DNA of 64,000 nt from Bacteriovoracaceae bacterium (GTDB lineage Bacteria > Bdellovibrionota > Bacteriovoracia > Bacteriovoracales > Bacteriovoracaceae), in contig JBLWTJ010000005.1 in NCBI GenBank assembly GCA_048270185.1, positions 1 through 64,000 on the forward strand, read 5' to 3'. The notes under the pieces were generated by a model, which was not told the origin of the DNA, did no database searches, and was given only the letters and a program-made list of their open reading frames with translations. Within the stretch, counting starts at the first letter, position 1. Every line of letters begins with the position of its first letter. The translations under genes and the position numbers were made by a program. This document shows, piece after piece, positions 27,805-37,121 of this stretch.

Positions 27805-28617
27805 ATGAATACAAGAGCTTTCACCCTTGCCCTCGTCATTGCAGTTGTTGCGATGTTTATGGTGCACACTTATATCGAAGATCAACAGTCGGCCTTGATT
27901 AAGAAATATGGAACGATGAGTTCCGTCTTAGTCGCCAAAGAAGATATTAGAGAATTCGATCTACTCGATGAAACAAAAGTTTCAATTGTTACTGTACCTC
28001 AAAACTTTCTTGCACCTGGTAGCTTTAAAACAGTTAAAGAAATTGAAAATACAATTGCAACAGTACCAATTCTAAAAGGCGAGCAAATTACAAAGCCACG
28101 AGTCACTTATCCAGGTGAGAGTACAGGCCTTTCTCGTGAGGTTACTGTTGGTATGCGCGCCATTGCTTTTCAAGTCGATGAAAAGAGCTCTGTTGGTAAG
28201 CTAATCCGTCCTGGTGACCGTGTTGATGTTCTTGCTCCTGTTGATTACACAGGGGGGGCGAGAAAAGATCAAGCAAAGATTATAACTATTCTACAAGATG
28301 TTAGAGTACTCTCAACAGGAATGAGTGTTTCAAATAATATTCCTCTGATTGGTGTTAAAACAGAAAATGTTATTAGAAAGATGAAGCTAAATACATATTC
28401 GAATTACACGACAGTGACTCTTGAACTTAGCCCATTTCAAGCTCAGAAAATTGCTCACTTAAATATTTTCCAACAGTATAAACCGATTCTAACTCTTAGA
28501 AATATTAACGACGGTGAAAAACAATTAATTGAAGGAACACGCTTATACGACATTCTATCTGATAGTGATAAGAGTGAGGCAAGGGCTTACTTTGCTGATA
28601 AGTTTAAGAAGAAATAA
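27805..28617 (+). CDS. cpaB: Flp pilus assembly protein CpaB/RcpC
   Basis: SAF domain VLVAKEDI, GMRAIA, IRPGDRVDV, VTLELSP. Confidence 0.93.
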   Translation: MNTRAFTLALVIAVVAMFMVHTYIEDQQSALIKKYGTMSSVLVAKEDIREFDLLDETKVSIVTVPQNFLAPGSFKTVKEIENTIATVPILKGEQITKPRVTYPGESTGLSREVTVGMRAIAFQVDEKSSVGKLIRPGDRVDVLAPVDYTGGARKDQAKIITILQDVRVLSTGMSVSNNIPLIGVKTENVIRKMKLNTYSNYTTVTLELSPFQAQKIAHLNIFQQYKPILTLRNINDGEKQLIEGTRLYDILSDSDKSEARAYFADKFKKK

Positions 28618-30140
28618 TGAAATTAATAAAACTTGTAATATTCACTTTATTAACAGTTCAAGCCTTTGCTCAACAGACTGGGGCAAATATTGGCGTCCAA
28701 GAAGAAAAGGTTGAAGTTGTTTTAGGAATCGATAAGGTTCTTCCTATTGATTTCACGATAACTTCAAGAAGTGTACAAGTTGCAAATCAAAGAATTCTTA
28801 AAGTTCAACCTGTTAATACTGCGGCCGGGACAAGTGAACTTGTTTTAAAAGGTGAAGGACCTGGTATAACTTCTGTTACTGTAAGAGATAAACTAGGTGC
28901 AATTAAGAAGCGCTACCTTGTTACAGTGACTGCGACAGAGAAGTCGAAATTGATTTCAGAGCTTAAAGAACAGCTTGGTCCAATTGAAGGACTTGAAATC
29001 AATTTAAAAGGTGGAAAAGTCTACGTTGAAGGAAAAATTATCGTTCCTGGAGATATTGGTCGAATTGTTAAAGTATTAGAAGACTACCCTGATGTGAAGA
29101 ATCTAGTTGAAGTTTCACCTCAGACATACTTGATCATCTCTCGTGAAATGCAAGAGGGTCTCAGAAGAAATAATCTTAAAGATGTTACCGTCCGATTCTT
29201 TAACAACTCTTATCTTTTAGAAGGGATCGTAAACTCAGAAGAAGAGAGTGCCTTAGCTGTCAAGATTGCAGCAACATATCTTCCTGATAGAATTCAAAGT
29301 TTAGCTAGGAGAACAGACTCAGTTCAGCAGCTTGGAAAAGATGAAATCATAAAGAATTTCTTGGCCATCAACCGTAAGCCGCAACCTCCACAGGCTGCCA
29401 AGCTAATTAAAATTACGGCCCAATTTGTTGAACTTTCAAAAGACTATAATCGAGTCTTTGGTTTCAAATGGAATCCAACTGTTGGAACAAGTGGTGCACA
29501 GATAACATTTGGTAAAACTGTTGATGGTGGAACAATTTCAACTTCAAGTAATGGTACATTTGGTGGTCAAATCTCTCAACTTTTTCCAAAGCTAAGTTCG
29601 GCTAAGGCCGCGGGCTATGCCCGAATTGTTCAATCGGGTGTGATTATTACTAAAGATGGTGAGAAGGCTAAGCTTTCGAAAGGCTCTGAGCGTAACGTTG
29701 CCGTAGGAACTGGTGAGTTTCAACAAGCTAAAGTTATTGAAGCAGGTTTTAACTTAGATGTTACACCTAAGATTCTACAGGAAGAAAAAATCAATCTCGA
29801 TATTATTCTTGGTGTTTCTTCTTCGCAAGGTGCCGATAAACAATCAAATAATCTTGATACAAAAATAATTGTTAAATCACGAGAATCGGCTGTCGTTGGA
29901 GGAATCTCAATTAATAAAACGGCGACAGAATATGATAAAGATCCACCCGATGGTGTTTCAACAACAAGTAGTGATAGTGATTCTGCTGAGCAGACGTTTT
30001 CATTATTTTCATTTGTCCGTTCAAAAGATGTTTCAAAATCAAAAGAACAATTTGTTGTCTTCATTACTCCTGAAATTATTGAAAGTGCTTCAACAGGAAC
30101 AGAAGATATTAAAAGAAAATTTAGAAAGAGGGGGCCATAA
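28617..30140 (+). CDS. cpaC: Tad secretin CpaC/RcpA with BON-like domains
   Basis: Signal peptide, LDVTPKI, AVVGG, VFITPEII secretin C-terminus. Confidence 0.88.
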   Translation: MKLIKLVIFTLLTVQAFAQQTGANIGVQEEKVEVVLGIDKVLPIDFTITSRSVQVANQRILKVQPVNTAAGTSELVLKGEGPGITSVTVRDKLGAIKKRYLVTVTATEKSKLISELKEQLGPIEGLEINLKGGKVYVEGKIIVPGDIGRIVKVLEDYPDVKNLVEVSPQTYLIISREMQEGLRRNNLKDVTVRFFNNSYLLEGIVNSEEESALAVKIAATYLPDRIQSLARRTDSVQQLGKDEIIKNFLAINRKPQPPQAAKLIKITAQFVELSKDYNRVFGFKWNPTVGTSGAQITFGKTVDGGTISTSSNGTFGGQISQLFPKLSSAKAAGYARIVQSGVIITKDGEKAKLSKGSERNVAVGTGEFQQAKVIEAGFNLDVTPKILQEEKINLDIILGVSSSQGADKQSNNLDTKIIVKSRESAVVGGISINKTATEYDKDPPDGVSTTSSDSDSAEQTFSLFSFVRSKDVSKSKEQFVVFITPEIIESASTGTEDIKRKFRKRGP

Positions 30141-32392
30141 TGGCCGATGGTCATATTATTACAGTTATTGGCGGTAAAGGTGGAGTTGGTAAATCTCAAG
30201 TTGCTACAAACCTTGCTTTCGCATTTAGCGGAGAGAAGCGCTCTAAGACATTACTTCTTGATTTTGACCAGAGAGCTAGTGGAGATCTAAATCTTCTAAC
30301 TGGAATCAAAACAAATAAGAATTTAAAAGACCTTTTTAATTTTAATGGAAATATAGATCCTAGAACTTTTCAGCCATTTGTAAATATGCATCCAAGCGGT
30401 GTTCACTATATTGGTCTTCCTAATGATCCTATTGCGACAGAGGGAATGAGCGTTGATGGAGCTGGTAAAGTTTTAAAGGCAGTAAAGAGTATGTATCCGA
30501 CAACGATCATTGATGTTGGTACTGAAATTACTGAACTTACTGCAAAGGCACTTGAGCATTCAACGATGATCTTAGTCGTTATTACTCCTGACTTGTTGGC
30601 CTTAAATCAAACAAAGAGGCTGGTTTCAGAACTCATTACAATGATGTTTCCAAAAGAGATGATTCACTTTGTCTTTAATCAGGCGGTAAAAGGGCATCCG
30701 GTAACAGCTGAGGTCGCAGGTAAGTCTGTCGGGCGTCCTGTCCTTGGGCAAATCTTAAAAGATGAGCAAACTTGTGCCATGGCCATTAATCAGAAAAAAC
30801 CTGTGTTGGTTGCTGCTAAAAATAGTCCATTTGCAAAAGGAATTATTGAACTTACCCGTACTATTAACGGTAAGGGGATTCTTAATCAATTGGCCAAGCT
30901 TAACAAACCAAGTGAAGTTGGTGTTAAGAAAGAGCGCGCAACTGGTGCCGAGGCCAATAGTTGGCGTGATCTGAAACTTAGAATTCACAAAGGTCTTGTC
31001 GAAGAGATGGATCTTTCAAAAGATGATGATAATGATCCAAAAGCAAAGATTATTTTAAAAGAGAAGACTAAGAAAGTTGTTATTGATCTACTTGGAAAAG
31101 AAGATACAAAAGGGATTCTAAATAGTCGCGAAGACATGAATAGTATCGTAAAGGAGATCCTCGACGAGGCTCTAGGACTGGGTCCTTTAGAAGATCTTTT
31201 AGCTGATACAACTGTTTCTGAGATTATGGTCGTTGGCCCAAATAAAATCTACTATGAAGAAGATGGTAAGGTAAAGCTTTCAAAAGTTACTTTTTCAAAC
31301 GATCGCCAGGTTCTAAACGTTATTGAAAGAATCGTTGCTCCAATTGGCCGTCGTATTGATGAGAAGACTCCATATGTTGATGCTCGTCTACATGATGGCT
31401 CGAGGGTACACGCAATTATTCCTCCATCGGCCATCGATGGTTGTTGTATTACAATTCGAAAATTCCCTGAAGAGAGACTCACTTATAAGCACCTTGTAGA
31501 GTTTGGTTCACTTACTCAAAACATGGCGGACTTCTTAAGGATTGCTGTTGAAGGTCACAAGAATATTATTGTTTCCGGTGGTACTGGTTCCGGGAAAACG
31601 ACTCTAGTAAACGTTCTTGGAAGTTTTATTCAAGCAAATGAACGTATTATTACATGTGAAGATTCGGCCGAACTTAGTTTCCCGCAAGAACACGTTGTCA
31701 GGCTTGAGACTCGACCGCCGTCACTTGAGGGAGATGGTGAGATTGATATTCGCTGTCTTGTAAAGCAATGTCTAAGAATGCGTCCCGAACGTATTGTTGT
31801 TGGTGAGTGTCGTGGTGGTGAAACTCTGGATATGTTACAAGCAATGGGGACTGGGCACGATGGATCTCTTACGACGGTTCACTCGAATAATCCAAGAGAG
31901 TGTATAGGGCGTATCGAGACTCTTGTTCAGTATGCAGGTGCTGGTCTTACTCCAAAAGCAATTCGTGAAATGATTGCCAATGCAGTTCACTTAATTATTC
32001 AAGCATCTCGTCTTGATGATGGTTCTCGTAAAATTACTCACATCACTGAAATTGGTGGTATTCAAGGAGAGGTTGTAACTCTTCAGGATATTTTCCTCTT
32101 TCAACAAAAAGATATTGATAAGAATGGAAAGATTATTGGTGCTCACCAAGCAACTGGTTTCATTCCCAAGTTTATCGAAACTCTTGAGAGACAAGGATAT
32201 AATATCCCACGTGGATTATTTTCAAATGCCCCTGGAAGTGCTCCAGCAGCTAAGGCTCCACCTCCAAAACCTCGCCCACCAGGTCCTCCTGGTGCTCAAG
32301 GAAGTCAAGGTCAACAACGTCCTAAACCAGGCCAACCTCAACAGAGACCGCGTCCTGCTAATGGTGCCCCTCCTGTAAAGAAGAAGGCATAG
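30140..32392 (+). CDS. Fused CpaE(TadZ)-CpaF(TadA) pilus ATPase
   Basis: N-terminal GGKGGVGKS MinD/ParA-type domain; C-terminal GLGPLE, GGTGSGKT, LRMRPER, TGHDG; Pro-rich tail. Confidence 0.92.
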   Translation: MADGHIITVIGGKGGVGKSQVATNLAFAFSGEKRSKTLLLDFDQRASGDLNLLTGIKTNKNLKDLFNFNGNIDPRTFQPFVNMHPSGVHYIGLPNDPIATEGMSVDGAGKVLKAVKSMYPTTIIDVGTEITELTAKALEHSTMILVVITPDLLALNQTKRLVSELITMMFPKEMIHFVFNQAVKGHPVTAEVAGKSVGRPVLGQILKDEQTCAMAINQKKPVLVAAKNSPFAKGIIELTRTINGKGILNQLAKLNKPSEVGVKKERATGAEANSWRDLKLRIHKGLVEEMDLSKDDDNDPKAKIILKEKTKKVVIDLLGKEDTKGILNSREDMNSIVKEILDEALGLGPLEDLLADTTVSEIMVVGPNKIYYEEDGKVKLSKVTFSNDRQVLNVIERIVAPIGRRIDEKTPYVDARLHDGSRVHAIIPPSAIDGCCITIRKFPEERLTYKHLVEFGSLTQNMADFLRIAVEGHKNIIVSGGTGSGKTTLVNVLGSFIQANERIITCEDSAELSFPQEHVVRLETRPPSLEGDGEIDIRCLVKQCLRMRPERIVVGECRGGETLDMLQAMGTGHDGSLTTVHSNNPRECIGRIETLVQYAGAGLTPKAIREMIANAVHLIIQASRLDDGSRKITHITEIGGIQGEVVTLQDIFLFQQKDIDKNGKIIGAHQATGFIPKFIETLERQGYNIPRGLFSNAPGSAPAAKAPPPKPRPPGPPGAQGSQGQQRPKPGQPQQRPRPANGAPPVKKKA

Positions 32393-32406
32393 GGAAGAGG
32401 TAGTTT

Positions 32407-33297
32407 ATGAGTTTCTTTATTGAACAACTAGGAAGAACAGGTTTAATCGTAACGATAGGTTTGATCTTTTTTCTATTTTGTTATCGATACTCTGTGGGAA
32501 TCTTTGATCTTATTGAGAAGCAAACATTTGGAACACGTACATATATCTTAGAAAAGTTTGAATTATTATTCATTGATGTAAACCCGGATCATGTTACTTA
32601 TGCGCTCTTAGGGCTATCTTTTGGATTGGGGACAATTACATTATTAATTGTCGGGGCCATAGGAAGTTGGACTGGGGGAGCATTTCTCGGGCTACTTGTT
32701 GGTTTTATTGGTTTTAAAGCACCCAAGCCTGTCGTGGATCATCTCGTTAATAAGCGAATCTTAGCCTATCAAGACCAGATGGTTGATGGCCTAACTCTTC
32801 TTTCAAACGGGCTTAGAGCAGGACTATCTGTACCTCAGGCCTTAGGAATGGTGGTGGATGAGATGCCACCTCCAATTTCGGAAGAGTTTAATATTATTCT
32901 TCAACAGAACCGAGTTGGGGTGACTTTGGAAGAGTGCTTCGAAAATTTGGCAGTTAGAATTCCTACTCAAGACAATGATATGTTCGTTTCAAGTGTAAAT
33001 ATTCTACGCGAAACTGGTGGTAATCTTGCCGAAGTTTTTGACACTATTGTTGGTGTGATTCGCGAACGTATCAGATTGAAGCAAAAAATTGATACGGCGA
33101 CAGCGCAAGGAAAGTTCCAAGGCCTTACAATTGCAGCAATGCCCTTTGTAATTCTAGGGATTTTCTCGGCCAATGACCCAACCCTTCTTCCTAAGATGTT
33201 TTCGTCGATTATTGGAATTGCCTTATTTGTAGTCGCCTGTATTTTAGACGGTATTGGGACCTTCTTTATCCTAAAAATCGTAAAAATTAAGGATTAA
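32407..33297 (+). CDS. tadB: TadB / T2SS F-family inner membrane protein
   Basis: GLRAGLS, PISEEF, ETGGNLAE. Confidence 0.92.
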   Translation: MSFFIEQLGRTGLIVTIGLIFFLFCYRYSVGIFDLIEKQTFGTRTYILEKFELLFIDVNPDHVTYALLGLSFGLGTITLLIVGAIGSWTGGAFLGLLVGFIGFKAPKPVVDHLVNKRILAYQDQMVDGLTLLSNGLRAGLSVPQALGMVVDEMPPPISEEFNIILQQNRVGVTLEECFENLAVRIPTQDNDMFVSSVNILRETGGNLAEVFDTIVGVIRERIRLKQKIDTATAQGKFQGLTIAAMPFVILGIFSANDPTLLPKMFSSIIGIALFVVACILDGIGTFFILKIVKIKD

Positions 33298-33310
33298 AGT
33301 TAATATATGT

Positions 33311-33338
33311 TTAAGTTTTAGTTGGGGAACTCCGATAG
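33311..33338 (+). promoter_or_regulatory. Putative sigma28/FliA promoter of the RHS gene and downstream small gene
   Basis: TTAAGTTT-N12-TCCGATAG. Confidence 0.55.
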
Positions 33339-33384
33339 GACTAGGGAGAGAATTTAGATTCTTTAACTAAAAAGGAAATGAGTC

Positions 33385-35016
33385 ATGAGGATCAGTTTAA
33401 AGTTATTAGTATTATGTTTATTTTCGCTTGCTTCAATTGCAGGTGTGAATCTTAAAAACGGTAATTTCTACATTACATATACGGATATTATTGTACCGGG
33501 TGGTGGAAATGACCTTGTTATTGAGAGAACTTATAACTCGAAATCTCCTTCTAAGGGATGGTTTGGTTTTGGTTGGGGTTCTGATTACGAGACGTACTTA
33601 GTCGTTTCAGCGGATGGTTCTGTAACTGTTCACGAAAATGGTTCAGGTGCAAAGACTCGTTTTACTCCAAGAACGGCCGTTGACCCTAAAGCTGCAGCTG
33701 AAAAGATCGTTGATGTAATGAGAAAGAAAACATCACTTTCTGCAAATGTTGCAAAAACTCTGGTTACGAAGCTATCTAATGATGCTGAATTAAGACAAGC
33801 CTATGCTAAGAAGTTTAACGTTTCATCTGATCTTGCAGTAGGGACTGAGCTTTACTCAAACGTAAGAGGTCTGCAGAAAATTGTTAAAACTGCTAAGGGT
33901 TATATTAGAAAGTATAATGACGGTAAAGAAAACGTTTTCAATAAAGATGGAAAGCTTGTCGAAGTAAAGGATAAGAACGGATACGTTGTTAAACTTGATT
34001 TTACAAAAGATGGAACTCTTAAATCAATCAAAGACTCAATGGCAAAACAAATCTTTCTTAAATGGTACCCAAATGGACTAGTAAAGTCTGTTGAATCTGG
34101 TGCTGGAAAGAAAACTGTTTATACATATGACTCTGATTATAACTTAACTGAAGCTAACGATATCTCTGGAAATGACTTTAAATATTCATACGATGCTAAC
34201 CACAATATGACTTCGATTACTTATAGTGATGGAACAAAGCAAGAAATCACTTATGAGAAGAAAACACAATTTGTTTCACAACTAAAAAAGAGAAGTGGTG
34301 AAGTTGTAAAATACACTTATGAAAGTAACCCTAAGAACCCAGACTATCACTACTGGACTCTTGTTGCTAAGAAATCACCAACTAAGAAAGAAGTTGTGAA
34401 TCGTTATGAATACGAAATTAAGAAGAAACCAGATGGATCACACTATACTTACCGTATTCTTACTGTGATCAATGGTCTTAAGACAGAAACTGTTTATACT
34501 GAATGTTGTTCTCTACCAAAGCAAATTAAGAGAGGGAATCACGTTACAAACTTTGAATACAATAAAGACGGACTTCTCGTTAAGAAAAACTCTTCACGTG
34601 GTGACTTCGTTGAACTTGCTTACCACAAGAAGTTTAAGAAGATCACTAAAGTGGTAAACGCTCGTGGTTGGACTGAGTTTGATTACGACAAGAAAGGTAA
34701 CTTAAAGAAAGCTAATAACTCTAAAGGTATGTCAGTTGTTCTTCTATACGATTCAAAGGGTCGTATCTCGAAAATGATGGACTTCAATAAGCATACTAAG
34801 CAAAAGAGAGCTCTTGAATTTCAATACAATGCTCAAGGTAAGCCAGTTGAAATTACAATGAATAAAGTTGGTAAAATTAACGTTAAATACGATAACTACG
34901 GTGAAATTTTAAAAGTTGAATCGAAAGCAGGACACAAGATGGCCTTACAAGTAACACAGGCCTTCCAATCACTTTTAGCTATTGTTAAACCTGCTGGTGT
35001 AAACCTAAATATGTAA
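33385..35016 (+). CDS. Sec-exported RHS/YD-repeat protein with DUF6531-like N-terminus (Bd0109-like)
   Basis: Signal peptide, VNLKNGNF...IERTYNS...GWFGFGW, repeated YxYD motifs; no DPxG site or toxin tail. Confidence 0.88.
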   Translation: MRISLKLLVLCLFSLASIAGVNLKNGNFYITYTDIIVPGGGNDLVIERTYNSKSPSKGWFGFGWGSDYETYLVVSADGSVTVHENGSGAKTRFTPRTAVDPKAAAEKIVDVMRKKTSLSANVAKTLVTKLSNDAELRQAYAKKFNVSSDLAVGTELYSNVRGLQKIVKTAKGYIRKYNDGKENVFNKDGKLVEVKDKNGYVVKLDFTKDGTLKSIKDSMAKQIFLKWYPNGLVKSVESGAGKKTVYTYDSDYNLTEANDISGNDFKYSYDANHNMTSITYSDGTKQEITYEKKTQFVSQLKKRSGEVVKYTYESNPKNPDYHYWTLVAKKSPTKKEVVNRYEYEIKKKPDGSHYTYRILTVINGLKTETVYTECCSLPKQIKRGNHVTNFEYNKDGLLVKKNSSRGDFVELAYHKKFKKITKVVNARGWTEFDYDKKGNLKKANNSKGMSVVLLYDSKGRISKMMDFNKHTKQKRALEFQYNAQGKPVEITMNKVGKINVKYDNYGEILKVESKAGHKMALQVTQAFQSLLAIVKPAGVNLNM

Positions 35017-35029
35017 TTGGAGGGAGATT

Positions 35030-35230
35030 ATGAAGAAGTTATTAATGGTTTTATTTTTAATGTCATCAGTTAGCACTGCTGTTTATGCAGATGGAGCAAC
35101 TGATAAGGAAACTCCAACTGGTTGTGGTGATAATATCGAAGCTACTCGTTGTAAAGATTGTACAAAAAAAGATCCAGTTGGTGGTGATGCTGATAAGAAA
35201 AAAGTTAATCCAACAGCAATTAAGAAATAA
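35030..35230 (+). CDS. Small secreted Cys-containing protein at the Bd0108/hit position
   Basis: SD GGAGG, signal peptide ending AVYA, polar mature part with CxxC; 13 nt after the RHS stop. Confidence 0.85.
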   Translation: MKKLLMVLFLMSSVSTAVYADGATDKETPTGCGDNIEATRCKDCTKKDPVGGDADKKKVNPTAIKK

Positions 35231-35256
35231 TTTATGTAATAATTCAATAATTTAGG

Positions 35257-35290
35257 AAAAGGCCCTCTTTAATATGAGGGCCTTTTTTTT
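35257..35290 (+). terminator. Intrinsic terminator
   Basis: GGCCCTC/GAGGGCC stem followed by T8. Confidence 0.92.
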
Positions 35291-35364
35291 GTCTAAATAC
35301 TATTCACTGTCTAAAAATAATCACTTCCAAATTTTCTAACCTGTTAATATCACAAGTGAAAAGT

Positions 35365-35380
35365 TGGCACTATCATTGCT
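35365..35380 (+). promoter_or_regulatory. sigma54 (-24/-12) promoter
   Basis: TGGCAC-TATCA-TTGCT, a consensus match. Confidence 0.85.
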
Positions 35381-35416
35381 TTATATATTACAAACACACC
35401 AACCAATGGGGGAATT

Positions 35417-35599
35417 ATGAAAAAGTTAGCATTAGTATTCTTATTTTTATTAAGTACAACTTCGGTTTTTGCAGTATCTGAAAAAGACACAGACTGTTCA
35501 AAGATCAACGCAAGTAATGATCAAGTTTCAAGTATGGAAGTTGCAGCACAAGGTGGAGTAAAAACTCCAGTAAAAGGTAGTGCATCTTCTGGAAAGTAA
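35417..35599 (+). CDS. Small secreted protein (60 aa)
   Basis: SD GGGGGA, signal peptide ending SVFA, own promoter and terminator. Confidence 0.85.
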   Translation: MKKLALVFLFLLSTTSVFAVSEKDTDCSKINASNDQVSSMEVAAQGGVKTPVKGSASSGK

Positions 35600-35641
35600 A
35601 ATTAAATAAAATAAACCCAAACCCAAATCCTACTCCTTATG

Positions 35642-35670
35642 AAAAAGCTCAGTCATTGACTGGGCTTTTT
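35642..35670 (+). terminator. Intrinsic terminator
   Basis: GCTCAGTC/GACTGGGC stem followed by T5. Confidence 0.88.
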
Positions 35671-35708
35671 ATATTCCATATTGTCAAAGTTCAGCTATAA
35701 TAAGACCT

Positions 35709-37076
35709 ATGGAAAATTCAATAAAAGCAATCTATGAGGCCCAGAGAGGGCGTAAGAACTTAACTCGCTATGAAGATCGAATTAGTGCATTGGAAGCCTT
35801 AGAAGAGCAAATTTTGGCTTCTGAAGGCGAGATCATCGAAGCCCTTAAAAAGGATCTTGGAAAGCCTGTATTCGAGTCGTACCTTTCAGAGATCGACTTC
35901 ACCCTTCATGAGATTAAGCTGGTCAAAGATAAGCTCAAAAAATGGATGGCCCCAGTGACTGTTTCAACTCCAATGGCATTTGCTCCGGCCAAAAGCTATA
36001 TTCATCATGAGCCCTATGGCCAGGTACTTGTAATCGCCCCTTGGAACTATCCATTTCAGCTTTCAATAGTTCCTCTCATTGGCGCTATTTCGGCAGGGAA
36101 TAAAGTTATTCTAAAGCCATCTGAGATGGCCCCAAATACATCACATATTATCAATAAGATCGTTACCAATGCTTTTGATAGTGAAATTGCTGCTGTTGTA
36201 GAGGGCGCTGTAGAGGAGACAACAGAGCTTCTTTCACTTAAATTTGATTATATCTTCTATACAGGAAATGGACACGTCGCCCGTATTATCATGGCCGCAG
36301 CGGCAAAGAACTTAACACCAGTTACTTTAGAGCTTGGTGGAAAGTCTCCGGCCATTGTCATGACAGAAAATATCGATCTTGCAGCAAAACGAATTGTATG
36401 GGGAAAATTCTTTAATGCAGGTCAAACATGTGTAGCACCAGACTATGTTCTTATTAAGAAAGAAGATGAAGCTTCGTTTATTGAAGCTTCGAAGAAGTGG
36501 TTAAAAAACTTTTACTCAAATGAAGTTAAAAATAGTGATGACTATGGACGTATAGTTAATGAAAGACATTTTGATCGTATCTCCGAATTAATAGGAAATG
36601 ATGAAGTCTTAATTGGTGGTGATGTTGATAAGTCGCAATTATATATTTCTCCAACATACTTAAGATCAACAGCTGAAAGCAAGGCCATGGCCGGTGAGAT
36701 TTTTGGGCCAATTCTTCCTATTGTTCACACTGATAACTTGGCCAGTGCAATTAATTTTATCAATCAATTCGATAAGCCTCTTGCCTGTTACCCATTTGTC
36801 GATTCAAGTTCAGATAAGGATTTAGTTGTTGAACAGATTAGCTGTGGTGGAATGGTACTTAACGATACAATCGTACATCTTTCAAATGAGAAACTACCTT
36901 TTGGTGGAGTTGGTGAGTCAGGCATGGGAATGTACCATGGTAAGTATTCATTTGAGACTTTCTCTCATAAGAAGGCGGTTATGAATCGTAGCTTCAAGCT
37001 AGAAAATAATTTGCGCTACCCACCCTATGAAGGAAAGGTTTCCTTTGTAAGAAAGTTGATGTCGCTTCTTCCTTAA
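35709..37076 (+). CDS. Aldehyde dehydrogenase (ALDH3-like)
   Basis: PWNYP, LKPSE, YTGN, LELGGKSP, NAGQTCVAPDY, EIFGP. Confidence 0.96.
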   Translation: MENSIKAIYEAQRGRKNLTRYEDRISALEALEEQILASEGEIIEALKKDLGKPVFESYLSEIDFTLHEIKLVKDKLKKWMAPVTVSTPMAFAPAKSYIHHEPYGQVLVIAPWNYPFQLSIVPLIGAISAGNKVILKPSEMAPNTSHIINKIVTNAFDSEIAAVVEGAVEETTELLSLKFDYIFYTGNGHVARIIMAAAAKNLTPVTLELGGKSPAIVMTENIDLAAKRIVWGKFFNAGQTCVAPDYVLIKKEDEASFIEASKKWLKNFYSNEVKNSDDYGRIVNERHFDRISELIGNDEVLIGGDVDKSQLYISPTYLRSTAESKAMAGEIFGPILPIVHTDNLASAINFINQFDKPLACYPFVDSSSDKDLVVEQISCGGMVLNDTIVHLSNEKLPFGGVGESGMGMYHGKYSFETFSHKKAVMNRSFKLENNLRYPPYEGKVSFVRKLMSLLP

Positions 37077-37121
37077 TTTTATTTAAATTTTCAATTCAAA
37101 TAACAGTGCTATAATTTTCTT

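Noticed and set aside
29720..30199. Antisense and alternative-frame ORFs (also 518-802, 10786-11094, 38896-39267, 39379-39741, 50654-51088 and others)
   Set aside because: They overlap well-supported genes, have Ser/Ile/Phe-rich shadow composition and lack SDs or motifs.
33385..35230. Classical RHS toxin-immunity pair
   Set aside because: No DPxG cleavage motif or toxin domain, and the downstream protein is a secreted low-complexity peptide rather than a typical immunity protein.
35612..35630. AAACCC short tandem repeat
   Set aside because: Only 2-3 degenerate units; no spacers or CRISPR-like structure.
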